Source of the DNA: an uncultured Myxococcales bacterium
GTDB lineage: Bacteria; Myxococcota_A; Bradymonadia; UBA7976; UBA1532
Direction: 5' to 3'
Length of the DNA stretch: 64,000 bases
NCBI GenBank assembly: GCA_903847385.1
Contig: CAINDO010000261.1
Location: 108-64,107 of the forward strand
This document shows, piece after piece, positions 49,914-61,787 of this stretch. Position 1 is the first letter of the stretch, and each line of letters starts with the position of its first letter. The notes under the pieces are model-generated. The model ran no database searches. It was not told the DNA's origin and saw only the letters and a program-made list of their open reading frames with translations. A program made the position numbers and the translations under genes.

Positions 49914-50450
49914 TCAGCGGTGGGACACGGCGCAGGGCGGGCCCTCGGCGTTGTCGCGCACCTGGTAGTCGCGCGCCTTGCGGGCAAGGAGCTGCTCCTT
50001 GCGGACCCAGGCGCTGTCCCGGTCGTAGACCGGCGCGGCGTGGATGCCGGTGTCCATGCGGATGGCGTCGCAGGGGCACGCCTCTTCGCACATCCCGCAG
50101 TAGATGCAGCGCAGCTCGTCGATCTCGAAGCGGATCGGGAACTTCTCGCGGCCCGTGTCCTCGTGCTCGCCGGCGACGATGTGGATGCACTTCGCCGGGC
50201 AGGCCGTGGAGCACATGAAACACGCCACGCAGCGCGGATCGCCATCGTCGCGCTGAAGCAGGCGGTGCTGACCGCGCCAGCGGGGCGAGTAGGGGATCTT
50301 CACGTCCGGGTAGGAGATCGTGACCGTCTCCTTGCGCCCGAACAGGTTGTTCACGAAGTGGCGAGTCGTGATCTTGAGGCCCTCGAAGATGGCGGGCAGG
50401 TAGACCCGCTCCGCGAAGCCATCACCGATTCGCTGCATCACCTTGGCCAT
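49914..50450 (-). CDS. nuoI: NADH-quinone oxidoreductase subunit I (2x[4Fe-4S])
   Basis: GGAGG RBS; VTISYP, RWRGQHRL, CVACFMCSTACP, RCIYCGMCEEACP. Confidence 0.9.
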   Translation of the reverse strand: MAKVMQRIGDGFAERVYLPAIFEGLKITTRHFVNNLFGRKETVTISYPDVKIPYSPRWRGQHRLLQRDDGDPRCVACFMCSTACPAKCIHIVAGEHEDTGREKFPIRFEIDELRCIYCGMCEEACPCDAIRMDTGIHAAPVYDRDSAWVRKEQLLARKARDYQVRDNAEGPPCAVSHR

Positions 50451-50605
50451 CGAATCCTCCGCTCCTGCGCGCTTCGTGGGGGTGTCGACCCACGGAAAAG
50501 ATGCGCGATTTCTCGACGGGATTCGGGCCAATGTCAAGGCCGCGGGAGAATGTTTGCGTGGTGTGATGATGTAGGTTAGGGTGGTCGAAAGTAAGGAGGA
50601 CAGCG

Positions 50606-50941
50606 ATGCAGAACGAACGACGCACCCATCCCCGGCTCTCTTTCGGCGGCAAGGCGTACCTCACCTACGACGGCCGCTGCCGCTGCGAGAACGTCACGGA
50701 CGTCTCCGCCGAGGGCCTGTTCCTCGAGACCGGCGCCCGCATCCGCGAGGGCAAGCAGGTCAAGGTGTTCCTGCCCCTGCTCGTCGAGGACAACTGGCGG
50801 CTCTGCCTGCTCAAGGGCGAGGTCGTCCGGCGCGTGGGTGAGAAGGGCGCCACGGGCCTGGGCATCCAGTTCCTGCCCGGTGAGATCGACACCCGCAGCG
50901 TGCTCCAGAGCTACGTCTCTCAGCAGACCGCCACCTGCTGA
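50606..50941 (+). CDS. PilZ-domain (c-di-GMP-binding) protein
   Basis: AAGGAGG RBS; ERRTHPR and DVSAEG motifs, GEVVR, GLGIQF. Confidence 0.88.
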   Translation: MQNERRTHPRLSFGGKAYLTYDGRCRCENVTDVSAEGLFLETGARIREGKQVKVFLPLLVEDNWRLCLLKGEVVRRVGEKGATGLGIQFLPGEIDTRSVLQSYVSQQTATC

Positions 50942-50946
50942 GCCGG

Positions 50947-51064
50947 GGTGCTCCATTCCGGAGCACCTGGCGCGGTGAACCGATCCATTCTGGATCGGTT
51001 CCGGATCGAACGACCGACGGAAACGGCCGAATCCGGGCATTTCGGGCCCGGCACGGGCGTTGCT
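50947..51064 (+). promoter_or_regulatory. Sigma54 promoter with two palindromic enhancer-like sites
   Basis: GGTGCTCC-ATTCC-GGAGCACC (50947-50967) and GAACCGATCCA-TTC-TGGATCGGTTC (50977-51001), centres 32 bp apart; CGGCACG-GGCG-TTGCT at 51049-51064. Confidence 0.75.
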
Positions 51065-51134
51065 CTGATTCCCCCCGACACGACGCAAGGCCGGCCCGAT
51101 GGACGGGTCGCCCGCGGCGACGGGGGAGAGTCCG

Positions 51135-51967
51135 ATGGACATTCGATTCTGGGGCGTTCGGGGCAGCATCGCGGTCAGCGGCCCGCGCTACACGCGGACC
51201 GGCGGCAACACCACCTGCGTCGAGCTCTCGCACGACGGGGCGCGCCTCATCCTGGACGGCGGGACCGGTCTGCGGGCGCTCGGGGAGAGCCTCGGCTTCG
51301 CCCCCCTGGAGGCGACGCTCCTGTTCACGCACCTGCACTGGGACCACATCCAGGGCGTGCCGTTCTTCGGCCCGGCGTTCCACCCGGAGTCCCGGTTGAC
51401 GCTGGCCGGTGTCCCCCGGGCGACGGGGACGGTGCGCGAGGCCCTGGCGGCGCAGATGCGGCCGCCGACCTTTCCCGTGACGCTCGACCGGCTGGTCGGC
51501 GCGCGGCGGTTCGTGGACGTGCCGCGCACGGGTCCGCTCGAGTTCGGGCCGTTCCGCGTCACGCCCCTGGAGCAGGACCACCCGGACGGGGTGGTGGCCT
51601 ACCGCATCGAGGCCGGCGGCCGCAGCGTCGTGTTCGCCACGGACTGCGAGCACCGCGAGGGCGCGGGCGAGGGCAGCGAGAGCGCCCGCGCCATGGCCAC
51701 CTTCGCCCGGGGCGCGGACGTGCTGATCCACGACGCGCAATACACCACGGACGAGTACTTCGGTCGCCGCGGCCCGCCCCGCCTGGGTTGGGGGCACTCC
51801 ACCGTGGACGACGCCGTCGCGATCGCGCGCCGTGCGGACTGCGGGCGCCTGGCGCTGTTCCACCACGATCCCGGCCGGGACGACGACGCCGTCGAGGCGC
51901 TCGAGCGGGTCGCGCGCGCGCACCTGCCCGGCGCCTTCGCCGCCCGCGAGGGCGAGGGGATGTCGCT

Positions 51968-51971
<4 letters not shown>
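51135..51971 (+). CDS. MBL-fold metallo-hydrolase (RNase Z / phosphodiesterase-like)
   Basis: FWGVRGS, GGNTTC, DGGTG, THLHWDHIQG, TDCEH, WGHS, FHHDP. Confidence 0.88.
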
Positions 51972-53518
<1,547 letters not shown>

Positions 53519-53605
53519 GGCGGCCGTGTCGGCTTTGCGTTGACTCCCGGTGTGAAATCGGTTGGAACGAGTATCCGTTCCGCATCGGGCTCGCGGGGAC
53601 CCGCA

Positions 53606-55705
53606 TTGAACAACGCCGGCCGCTTGTTTCTTCTGTCCGTCGTGCCGCTGGCCACAGCGTGCGCCGGACTGTTCTGGTTCTTCGTGGTGCGCTTCGAGAT
53701 CTCCGCCGAGCGCGCGATGGAGCGGCGCGCCGTCAGCACCGCCGAGGTCATCGCCCGGGCCGAGTCGCCGGCGCTCGTGTATGAAGACGTCCGCGAGGCC
53801 GACATGCAGCTCGGCACGATCCGGCAGTCGCCGGACGTCGCGTACGCCGTCGTGCTCCAGGCCAGCGGCCGCGTGCTGGCCGCGGTGGCGCCGGAGCGGC
53901 GACCCGAGGTGATCACCCGACCGGAGAACGGTCCCGAGCTGCGCTGGTCGCCCCATCTCCTCCACGTCACGGCCCCCATCGACATCCCCTCGGGTGAGAA
54001 GGGCACGCTGGCGATGGGGTTCACGCTCGACGAGTTCCACGCCGAGCGTCGGGCGACGATGATGGTGGCCGGCGCGGCGGTGGGCATGGTGCTGCTCGGC
54101 GGCGGCATCCTGAGCTGGCTCATGGCGCACTATCTGGCGCGCCGGCGCGCCGCCGAAGCGGCCCAACGGCGCTCCGAGGAGAGCTTTCGCGCGCTCATCG
54201 AGACGCTGCCGGACGCCATCCTCATCGAGCGCAACGGTGTGATCGTCTACTCGAATCCGGCCGCGGTCCGCTACCTGGCCGTGGCCCACGCGGACGAGAT
54301 TCACGGCCGCCCGGCGACGGAGTTGCTCGCCGTCGACACCCTGCAACGGGAGTCGCTTCGGCTGGAGCGCATTCACGAGGGCGGCAGCCCGCTGTATCTG
54401 CCGGAGGCGAAGCTGTTGCGGCGCGACGGCTCGTCCATGGCGGCCGAGGTGCTGGCGCTGCCGCTGGTGTTCGACGGTGCGCCGGCCGGCGTGCTCGTGG
54501 CCCGCGACCTCACCGAGCGGCGGCGCATTCAGGCGCAGCTCATCCACGCCGACCGGATGGCCTCGATGGGCACGATGGCCGCGGGCGTCGCCCACGAGAT
54601 CAACAATCCGCTCGCCTACGTGACGACGAACCTGACCTTCGCCCTCGACGCCGTGGAGCAGCAGAGCGGCGGCCCGGAGAACGATGAACTCCGGCAGGCG
54701 TTGTGCGAGGCGATGGAGGGCGCCGAGCGGGTCCGCCACATCGTTCAGAGCCTCAAGGCTTACTCCCGCGCGGAGGACGAGACGGTCGTCGCCGTCGACG
54801 TCGAGCGCGCGTTGGACGCCGCGATCAGCATCGCTCGGGCCGAGATGAAGCCCCGTGCCGAGCTGTTGCGCAATCGCGGGGACGTGCCCCCGGCCGCCGC
54901 CCAGGAGTCGAGGCTGGTCCAGGTCTTCGTGAACCTCCTGACCAACGCCGCCCAAGCCATCCCGGCGGGCGATCCGGCGAAGAACCTGATCGAGGTCTCG
55001 ACGACGCGGCTCGCCGACGGTCGGATCTGCGTCTCGGTGGCGGACTCGGGCGGTGGCATCTCGCCGGACCACCTGCCGCGGCTCTTCGACCCGTTCTTCA
55101 CGACAAAACCCGTGGGCGAGGGGACCGGCCTCGGTCTGTCGATCTGTCAGGGCATCATCCACGGCCTCGGGGGCGAGATCCGGGTGCAGAGTCGTGTCGG
55201 CGAGGGCAGCCGCTTCGAGGTGCTGCTGCGCACGAGCGAAGCGGCGCTTGCCGCGGGGCCGAGCCCGAGCCCTGCGCCGGTCACACCCGCGGCCCAGGTG
55301 CAGGCCCGCCCTCGGTTGCTGGTGGTCGACGACGAGGTCCGGATCGCCCAGTCCATCGGGCGGCTCTTCTCGCGCGAGCTGCGTGTCGTCTCGGAGCTCG
55401 ACGGGCGCCGCGCGCTCAACCGCCTCAAGGACGACCGCGACTTCGACGTGATCGTCTGCGACCTGATGATGCCGGAGATGAGCGGCATCGAGCTCTTCGA
55501 CGAGATACGCCGCCTTTCGCCTCGCCTGGCCCGTCGGGTGATCTTCCTGACCGGCGGGGCGTTCACGGCCGAAGCCAGCGCGTTCCTGGACTCCGTGCGC
55601 AACCCCGTCGTGGAGAAGCCCTTCGACGCCGCGCAGCTCCGCTCGGTGATCGACGATGTCCTGCGGCGCACGGGCGAACACGCGGCCCTGTCGCCGAAGA
55701 GCTGA
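53606..55705 (+). CDS. Membrane hybrid sensor histidine kinase (PAS-HisKA-HATPase-REC); start uncertain
   Basis: Two TM helices, [38 protein letters not shown]...DLMMP...KPF. Confidence 0.9.
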   Translation: MNNAGRLFLLSVVPLATACAGLFWFFVVRFEISAERAMERRAVSTAEVIARAESPALVYEDVREADMQLGTIRQSPDVAYAVVLQASGRVLAAVAPERRPEVITRPENGPELRWSPHLLHVTAPIDIPSGEKGTLAMGFTLDEFHAERRATMMVAGAAVGMVLLGGGILSWLMAHYLARRRAAEAAQRRSEESFRALIETLPDAILIERNGVIVYSNPAAVRYLAVAHADEIHGRPATELLAVDTLQRESLRLERIHEGGSPLYLPEAKLLRRDGSSMAAEVLALPLVFDGAPAGVLVARDLTERRRIQAQLIHADRMASMGTMAAGVAHEINNPLAYVTTNLTFALDAVEQQSGGPENDELRQALCEAMEGAERVRHIVQSLKAYSRAEDETVVAVDVERALDAAISIARAEMKPRAELLRNRGDVPPAAAQESRLVQVFVNLLTNAAQAIPAGDPAKNLIEVSTTRLADGRICVSVADSGGGISPDHLPRLFDPFFTTKPVGEGTGLGLSICQGIIHGLGGEIRVQSRVGEGSRFEVLLRTSEAALAAGPSPSPAPVTPAAQVQARPRLLVVDDEVRIAQSIGRLFSRELRVVSELDGRRALNRLKDDRDFDVIVCDLMMPEMSGIELFDEIRRLSPRLARRVIFLTGGAFTAEASAFLDSVRNPVVEKPFDAAQLRSVIDDVLRRTGEHAALSPKS

Positions 55706-55714
55706 CGCCGGCGC

Positions 55715-57274
55715 TCAGGCGGCGCTTGCCCGTTCGCGGGCCGGCCGCGACGACTCCACCCACCGGACGCCGGCCGCCAGCAGCGCCTGCCGCAGCGCGG
55801 GTTCGGGCGGGGGGCCGAGGGACACGGCGACGACGCGCCGCTTGTGGGCCCGGCACAGCGCGAGGGTACGCACGGCCGGCCCGTCCGGCCGCAGACCGCT
55901 GAAGTCCGTGAGCAGCACCAGGGTCTCGGCGGCGCCGGCCACGAGGCTGCGCGACAGCGCCTGCGAGAGGCCCGTCTCCGCGGCGTCCGGAGCGGTCGCG
56001 CGGCGATAGGGCAGCGGGATCGCGTGGAGCGCGCAGTAGAGGCGCAAGCGGGCCGAGGCGAGGTCCGTGGCAGGGCGCGACTTGCCGAAGAGCGCGGCAT
56101 GGCCCCGGTCCCGCTCGCGCGCGACCACCTGGCTCACGTGGGTGAAGATCGCCGACTCGTCGTAGAGCTCGCGCACGGGATCGACGAGCACGTCCGCCTG
56201 GGACAACCGCGCCAGGTCGTAGGGCAGACGGCGCAGCGAGAGGCCCTCCTGCCGCTCCAGGAGTTCGCCCACGCGTGCGAACAGCTCGGCGTCCGAGATC
56301 TCGGTGAGGTCCGCGTCCACGACCCGCGTGACGTCCAGCAACTGCTGGAGCAGGCGCTGGGCGTGCGGTCGCCCCGTGTCCGGCCGGATGTGCGCGACGA
56401 CGCGATGGTCGTAGGTCGTGAGCCCCACCCGTTCGCCCGAGGCCAACTGCAGCAGGGCCGCCGCGAGGTCGATGCCGGCGTCCAGGGGGGTCTGCCCGGG
56501 CTCGCCGTCGCGCATCGTCCGGCCGATGGCCAGGACCACCTGGAAGCGCCGCATCGACTCGTCCTCGTTGGCGCGCACCAGCCAGCGCTGTCGACGGGCG
56601 GAGGCCTTCCAGGCGATGGCCTTCAGGGGGTCGCCCGGCACGTACTCGCGCAGCTCGCGCAGCTCCAACCCCGAGCCGCTCTGGCGGTCGAGGTGGCGGC
56701 CCTCGCGGTCTCGGACCGCGCCGATGCGGTTCAGGAGCGCGGCGGCCGTCGAGGCCGGCACCGGGCGCGGCCCGGCGTGGATGAGCAGGGGCAGGGGGTG
56801 CCACCGGGACTGCGTCGTCAGGCCCAGGGCATCGCCGAGGGTCAGGCGGCAGCCCCAGACGCGCCAGAGGCCCGCTCGCGGGAGTGTGAAGGTCACGGCG
56901 AACTCGCCCTGCGCCTGTCCCGGGGCGTCGAGCGTCAGGGCGTCGACGCCGACGGGCGAGGGCCCTGAGACGAGTGGCTCGACGCGAAGGCCACGGGCGT
57001 CGCCCCGGGCCTGCGTCCGGACCCGCAGCCCGAGTGTCGTCGGCTGCCCGCAGGCCTTCATCGGCACGGCCTCGGAGGCCCAGGACAGGTCGATGGCGTC
57101 GAGGCGATCCGAGGCCGCGCGTCCCCAGCCGAGCGCGAGCGTGGCCAGCCCCACCAGCGCGGCGCCGGCGGCGGCCACCCACGGCGCTCCGGCCGTGGCT
57201 GCGATGAAGAGGAGCGCCACCCCCGCCGCGACGACGGCGCGACCGCGCGCGTTCAGGGCGACGGGCGTGGACAC
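55715..57274 (-). CDS. DUF58 (VWA-like) protein
   Basis: ELREYVPGDPLKAIAWKASARR, VGLTTYD, LVLLTD; N-terminal TM pair. Confidence 0.85.
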   Translation of the reverse strand: MSTPVALNARGRAVVAAGVALLFIAATAGAPWVAAAGAALVGLATLALGWGRAASDRLDAIDLSWASEAVPMKACGQPTTLGLRVRTQARGDARGLRVEPLVSGPSPVGVDALTLDAPGQAQGEFAVTFTLPRAGLWRVWGCRLTLGDALGLTTQSRWHPLPLLIHAGPRPVPASTAAALLNRIGAVRDREGRHLDRQSGSGLELRELREYVPGDPLKAIAWKASARRQRWLVRANEDESMRRFQVVLAIGRTMRDGEPGQTPLDAGIDLAAALLQLASGERVGLTTYDHRVVAHIRPDTGRPHAQRLLQQLLDVTRVVDADLTEISDAELFARVGELLERQEGLSLRRLPYDLARLSQADVLVDPVRELYDESAIFTHVSQVVARERDRGHAALFGKSRPATDLASARLRLYCALHAIPLPYRRATAPDAAETGLSQALSRSLVAGAAETLVLLTDFSGLRPDGPAVRTLALCRAHKRRVVAVSLGPPPEPALRQALLAAGVRWVESSRPARERASAA

Positions 57275-57278
57275 GTTC

Positions 57279-58226
57279 TCAGCGGCTCCCGGGGCCGCGG
57301 AAGGGCACTGCGCGAAGGACCTCGGCGATGACGTCCTGGCCGGACAGGCCGTCCAGCTCCGCCTCGGGTGTGATGAGCAGCCGGTGGGCCAGCACCGGGC
57401 TCGCCAGACCGCGGACGTCGTCGGGCAGCACGAAGTCGCGCCCGGCCCAGAAGGCCATGGCCTTGGCGGCGCGCATCAGGCCGAGGCCCGCACGCGGGCT
57501 GGCGCCCAGACGAACACGCGGATGTTCGCGCGTGGCGGTCACGAGCGAGACGATGAAGTCCTTGATCTCGGGCGCCACGTGGAGTCGCGCGGCGGCGGCG
57601 CGGAGCGCGAGAATGCTCGCCGGATCCAGCACCCGGGGCACGGAGGGCACCGGCTGGTCGTACGTGTCCAGGATTCGGCGTTCGTCCGCGGTGCTCGGGT
57701 AGCCGATCTCGATCTTGAGCAGGAAACGGTCGACCTGCGCCTCGGGCAGGGGGTAGACCCCCTCCTGCTCGAGCGGGTTCTGCGTGGCCAGGACCAGAAA
57801 GGGGTCCGGCAGCGGCAGGGTGTCGCCCTCGATGGTGACCTGCTGCTCCTGCATCGCTTCCAGGAGCGCGGACTGCGTCTTGGCCGGGGCGCGGTTGATC
57901 TCGTCGCCGAGCACGACGTGCGCGAAGACGGGGCCGCGGCGCAGGACGAAGGCCTGGTCGCGCTGGTTGAGGATGTAGGCGCCGGTGATGTCGGCCGGGA
58001 GCATGTCCGGCGTGAACTGGATCCGCCGGAAGTCGCCGCCGAGCGTCGCCGTGAAGGCCCGCGCCAGCGTGGTCTTCGCCACGCCGGGCACGCCCTCGAG
58101 CAGCACGTGGCCGGGCGCGACCAGGGCCGTCAGCAGCAGGTCGAGCGTCTCGGGGGCGCCGATCCAGACCCGCGACAGCGCGTCGTGCACGTGGCGGCGG
58201 AGGGCGGGGGCGGAGAAGGTGCTCAT
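57279..58226 (-). CDS. moxR: MoxR-family AAA+ ATPase
   Basis: GHVLLEGVPGVAKT, RIQFTPDMLPADI, DEINRAPAKTQSALLEAMQE, ATQNPLEQEGVYPLPEAQVDRF. Confidence 0.93.
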   Translation of the reverse strand: MSTFSAPALRRHVHDALSRVWIGAPETLDLLLTALVAPGHVLLEGVPGVAKTTLARAFTATLGGDFRRIQFTPDMLPADITGAYILNQRDQAFVLRRGPVFAHVVLGDEINRAPAKTQSALLEAMQEQQVTIEGDTLPLPDPFLVLATQNPLEQEGVYPLPEAQVDRFLLKIEIGYPSTADERRILDTYDQPVPSVPRVLDPASILALRAAAARLHVAPEIKDFIVSLVTATREHPRVRLGASPRAGLGLMRAAKAMAFWAGRDFVLPDDVRGLASPVLAHRLLITPEAELDGLSGQDVIAEVLRAVPFRGPGSR

Positions 58227-59203
58227 CGGGGCTCGGTCCTCGAAGGGGGGGCGTTCGTGGGCGGGGGGGCGTCGGGCCGGGGCCGGGGGCCCGGGAACCG
58301 TGGGCCCGTGGGGCGCCGGCGGCTCCCCGCGCCGGGAAACACCGCCAGCGCGTAGATACATGTCGCGGCGAGCAGCAAGGCCACAAAAAAGCGCACGGCG
58401 GGGTCGTCGGGGCGGGCCGTCGAGAGCCGCGCGAGCCCGCGATTCAAGGTCGCGGCGCCCCCGAGCTTCTCGTCCGGCGGCGCGACGCCGGCGTAGTCGC
58501 CCTGCGTCGAATCCGCGCCGGCGAGCAGGTGCACCGGGCGGGTCCCGTCCTCGGCCAGCCAGGCCATGGCGTTGGCGGCGAAGCGCGCGTTCTCCGGGAC
58601 GGCCTGCATCAGGTTGATGAACAGGCTCGAGTCGGCGAGCACGAGGACCTCACCATTGCCCACGCTGAGCTGGAACGCGAAGGGTGCGCCGTCGGCGTAG
58701 CGCACGGCGGCGTCGAGCGGCGTCTCGGCGAACGCGCCGGGGTGGTTCGTGACGAGGCGCTCGACGCCATCGAACACGCCCGCCGTCGTCGGCGTCAGCA
58801 CCACGAAATCCGGATGGCCGGGCAGCGTGGTCTGCCCACTCCGCGGCGCCGGTGCGCTGCGCAAGCCGAGGCCGGCCCAAAGCTCGGCCGAGGCCTCGCC
58901 CTCGTCCGCGACGAGCAGGCGGCCGCCCTCGCGCACGAACCGGAGCAGCGGCTCCGCGGGCACGGGCCTCTCCGGGGCGATGACCGCCACGCCGGACTTC
59001 GGGCTGAGCGAAGCCAGATCCAGCGGTCCCGTCCGGACGTCGAGGCGCGCGCCGCGGCCCGCGCCGAGCCAGCGCGTCAGGCCCGTCCAGTCGGGGCTCT
59101 CCGTCTGTACGGCCTCGGCGACGGGGCCCTGCGCGACCGCGGTGCGTGGCCCGAGCAGCGCGAGACCGAGGGCGAGCGCGGTGATGCGCGACCGGCGCCT
59201 CAT
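58223..59203 (-). CDS. DUF4350-like exported protein with C-terminal TM helix
   Basis: Signal peptide; FVREGGRLLVADE, GEVLVLADSSLFIN, NARFA; TM near the C-terminus. Confidence 0.72.
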   Translation of the reverse strand: MRRRSRITALALGLALLGPRTAVAQGPVAEAVQTESPDWTGLTRWLGAGRGARLDVRTGPLDLASLSPKSGVAVIAPERPVPAEPLLRFVREGGRLLVADEGEASAELWAGLGLRSAPAPRSGQTTLPGHPDFVVLTPTTAGVFDGVERLVTNHPGAFAETPLDAAVRYADGAPFAFQLSVGNGEVLVLADSSLFINLMQAVPENARFAANAMAWLAEDGTRPVHLLAGADSTQGDYAGVAPPDEKLGGAATLNRGLARLSTARPDDPAVRFFVALLLAATCIYALAVFPGAGSRRRPTGPRFPGPRPRPDAPPPTNAPPSRTEPR

Positions 59204-60837
59204 CCGGCCCGCCCCCGTCGGAAGAGCTCGGTCAAGGCGGTGGCGTCGGCGTCAATTTCCAGAAGGAGCGAGACGGTCGGCTCGTCGGCCCCGAAACACC
59301 CGCTCTCGACGGCCTCCGTGAAGCGGTCGACCAGCGCGCTCGGCGCGCCGCGCCGGACGAGGTCGACCGCCGACTGTCCCGGCGTCTCGCGACCGAACTT
59401 CAGAACGGGGCGGCCGGCGGCGGCGAGGACCGCCTCGTGCCGCGCCTGGATGCGTGCCCGCGGTGTTTGCAAGTGAATCACGACATGGGCGCCCGGGGGC
59501 ACGTGGCACGCGTGCCCATCCGGGGCGAACCCCTCGGCCTCCGTCCAGATCCACTCGCCCGGACCCGCGAGCACTGCGCGGCCCTCGTCGTCCGTCTCGG
59601 TGACGGGCCCGGGGGATGGCGGGTTCATCAGGCTGGGGGCGGTCCCGCCCTGGAGAAGGCGGACTCGGGCCCGAATCGGTGCGCCCGTGGCCTCGGCCCG
59701 GACCTCGACACGCAGGAGGCCGTCGTCGACGGGGGGCGCGCGGCGCACGAAAGGCGGAGGCGGCGGCACGCGCGTCGGCACGGGTGAGGGCGCCAGCGGT
59801 CGGGGTCGGCGACGCCAGGCCGCGGCGAAGGCGGCGAGCGCGCCGACCGTCGCCGGCGCGATGAACCATGCGGGCGAGGGGGGCGGTGGCGGCACGACCT
59901 CGACGCGTTGGGCCGCCGAGAAAGCGGTGCGCAGCGACGGCTCCGTCGGGGCGACGAGCGCGCGGATCTCGAGCTTGCCGGCGGACAGGGTGTCCGCGGC
60001 CAGCGTGATGCTGAAGCGCCCCTGTTTGTCCGTGGTCGTGCCACCGACGGGGTCCCCCTCGGCCGTGAGGACGACCGGGAGCGCCTCGCCGGGGGCGCCC
60101 TCGACGCGACCCGAGGCCGTGAGCACCGCGCCCGGCTCCAGGCGGGGCGGGAGCGCATCGAGCGTCACCCGGGGGGTCACGCAGGCGGTGAGCGTCTGCT
60201 CCGCGCGGGCAGGCAGGTGGTCCTCGTCGCCGGCGAAGGTGACCACGAGCCGGTGGGGGCCGCGACCCAGATCCCGGGCCGTCAAGTGGATCTCGCCGTC
60301 CGCGTCCGTAGGCAGCGCGGACAGTTGCTGGGCGTCGAGGGCGACCTGCAGCGACAGCCCTGCGCGCGGTGTGCCCCGACGGTCGACGGCGCGCGCGCCC
60401 AGGTCCAGCGGCACGCCCGCCTCCGCGGCCTCCGGCGCCTGCAACTGCAGCTCGACCTCGGCGCGCCCGACGGTGACCTCGCCCTCGGCGGCGGCGGAGC
60501 CGAGCAACGCGCTGCCCGGGAACCGGACCCCGACCTTGTGCGCGCCGCTGCCCTGGGTCACGAGGGTCGCCCGGAAGTGACCCTGCGCGTCCGTCGTCGC
60601 CGAACGGGCGCTCTCGGCGCCCACCTGGATCTCGACCTCGGCGCCCGCGACCGGTTGGCCGAGGTTGTCGCGCAGGTTGCCCTCGACGTCGACCCGCAGG
60701 CCGCGCGTGACGGTGAGCAGCTCCGTCAGCGACGCGCGGGCCTTGACGACGATCTCCGGCTCGGCCGAGGCGGTGCGCGGCGGGCCCAGCCCGAGGACGA
60801 TCGCCAGAAAGGCGGTGAGAGCGGCGGAAAGTCGCAC
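59200..60837 (-). CDS. Type I membrane protein with Ig-like ectodomain repeats and a cytoplasmic C-terminal domain
   Basis: Signal peptide; repeated TTDxxGxF / VxFxG Ig-like units; TM AWFIAPATVGALAAFAAAW followed by RRRPR; about 200-aa tail. Confidence 0.72.
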   Translation of the reverse strand: MRLSAALTAFLAIVLGLGPPRTASAEPEIVVKARASLTELLTVTRGLRVDVEGNLRDNLGQPVAGAEVEIQVGAESARSATTDAQGHFRATLVTQGSGAHKVGVRFPGSALLGSAAAEGEVTVGRAEVELQLQAPEAAEAGVPLDLGARAVDRRGTPRAGLSLQVALDAQQLSALPTDADGEIHLTARDLGRGPHRLVVTFAGDEDHLPARAEQTLTACVTPRVTLDALPPRLEPGAVLTASGRVEGAPGEALPVVLTAEGDPVGGTTTDKQGRFSITLAADTLSAGKLEIRALVAPTEPSLRTAFSAAQRVEVVPPPPPSPAWFIAPATVGALAAFAAAWRRRPRPLAPSPVPTRVPPPPPFVRRAPPVDDGLLRVEVRAEATGAPIRARVRLLQGGTAPSLMNPPSPGPVTETDDEGRAVLAGPGEWIWTEAEGFAPDGHACHVPPGAHVVIHLQTPRARIQARHEAVLAAAGRPVLKFGRETPGQSAVDLVRRGAPSALVDRFTEAVESGCFGADEPTVSLLLEIDADATALTELFRRGRAG

Positions 60838-60921
60838 CGGCGCAGCCTACCGTGGGCGCCCCTCGCGGTCACGCTTGACGGTCGCGCCCCGTGCGAACGA
60901 CGCTCGGCACGGAGGCACGCC

Positions 60922-61710
60922 GTGCTGCGATACATCGGGTCCGCCAGTGGCGCATGGGCGCTCGTCTTTGCGTTCGCCGCGGCGGTCGCCGGGCTCGGGC
61001 CGCCCCCGATCGTCGGGTTCCTGGTCGCGTATGCCGGTGTGGCAGGCGCGACGCTCGTCGCCGGTGCGCTCGCCGGACGTTCGAGCGCCGGTCGCCGCGG
61101 CCTTCTGCCCTTTGCCGGGGCGGGCATCGCGACGGTCGCGCTGGCGGGATACCTGCCCGCCGACGCCTGGGGCGCGCTGCTCCACGGCGGCGCGCTGCTC
61201 GTCGCTGCGTGCGGGGTGGGGGGCCTCCTCGGGCGCGAGGTCGTCGACCCCCGACACCTGTGGCCCCTGGTGATCGTGGGCGCGTCGGCGGACCTCTGGA
61301 GCGTGACGGCCCCCGAGGGCCTGACCCGCAGCCTGCTCGAGGGCGAGGGGCCGGTCGCGCTCGCGGCCGTCGTGCTGCACCTGCCCGTATTCGACGGCGA
61401 GTCGGTCGCGCCCGCCCCGATCCTCGGCGTCGGCGACCTGCTGTTCACTGCGTTCCTGCTCGGCGCGGCGGCGCGCCTCGGGCTCTCGCCGCGGCGGTCC
61501 CTCGGCGGCCTGCTGGTCGGGTTCGGGCTGTGCCTGGCCGGCCTGCTCGTGCTGCAGGTGCCGCTGCCGGCGCTGCCATTCATCGCGCTGTGTTTTGCCG
61601 CGGCGCACGGGGCCGCCGTGCGACCGCGCCGGGCGGAGCTGGCGATGGCCGTCGGTTTTGCGCTCGTCCTCGCCGCCGCCGGGGGCCTGTTCGCGCGCAT
61701 CGGGGCCTGA
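60922..61710 (+). CDS. Polytopic membrane protein with presenilin/SPP (GxGD) aspartyl protease motifs
   Basis: About 9 hydrophobic segments; SADLWSVTAPEG, ILGVGDLLF, PLPALPF in the correct order; start position approximate. Confidence 0.72.
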   Translation: MLRYIGSASGAWALVFAFAAAVAGLGPPPIVGFLVAYAGVAGATLVAGALAGRSSAGRRGLLPFAGAGIATVALAGYLPADAWGALLHGGALLVAACGVGGLLGREVVDPRHLWPLVIVGASADLWSVTAPEGLTRSLLEGEGPVALAAVVLHLPVFDGESVAPAPILGVGDLLFTAFLLGAAARLGLSPRRSLGGLLVGFGLCLAGLLVLQVPLPALPFIALCFAAAHGAAVRPRRAELAMAVGFALVLAAAGGLFARIGA

Positions 61711-61787
61711 ACCGCGGGGCGAACGGCGGGTCCGGCTTCCCTTTGCCGCCGCCCTTTGCGATAACCGCGCGCTCGGCACCCGCACCC

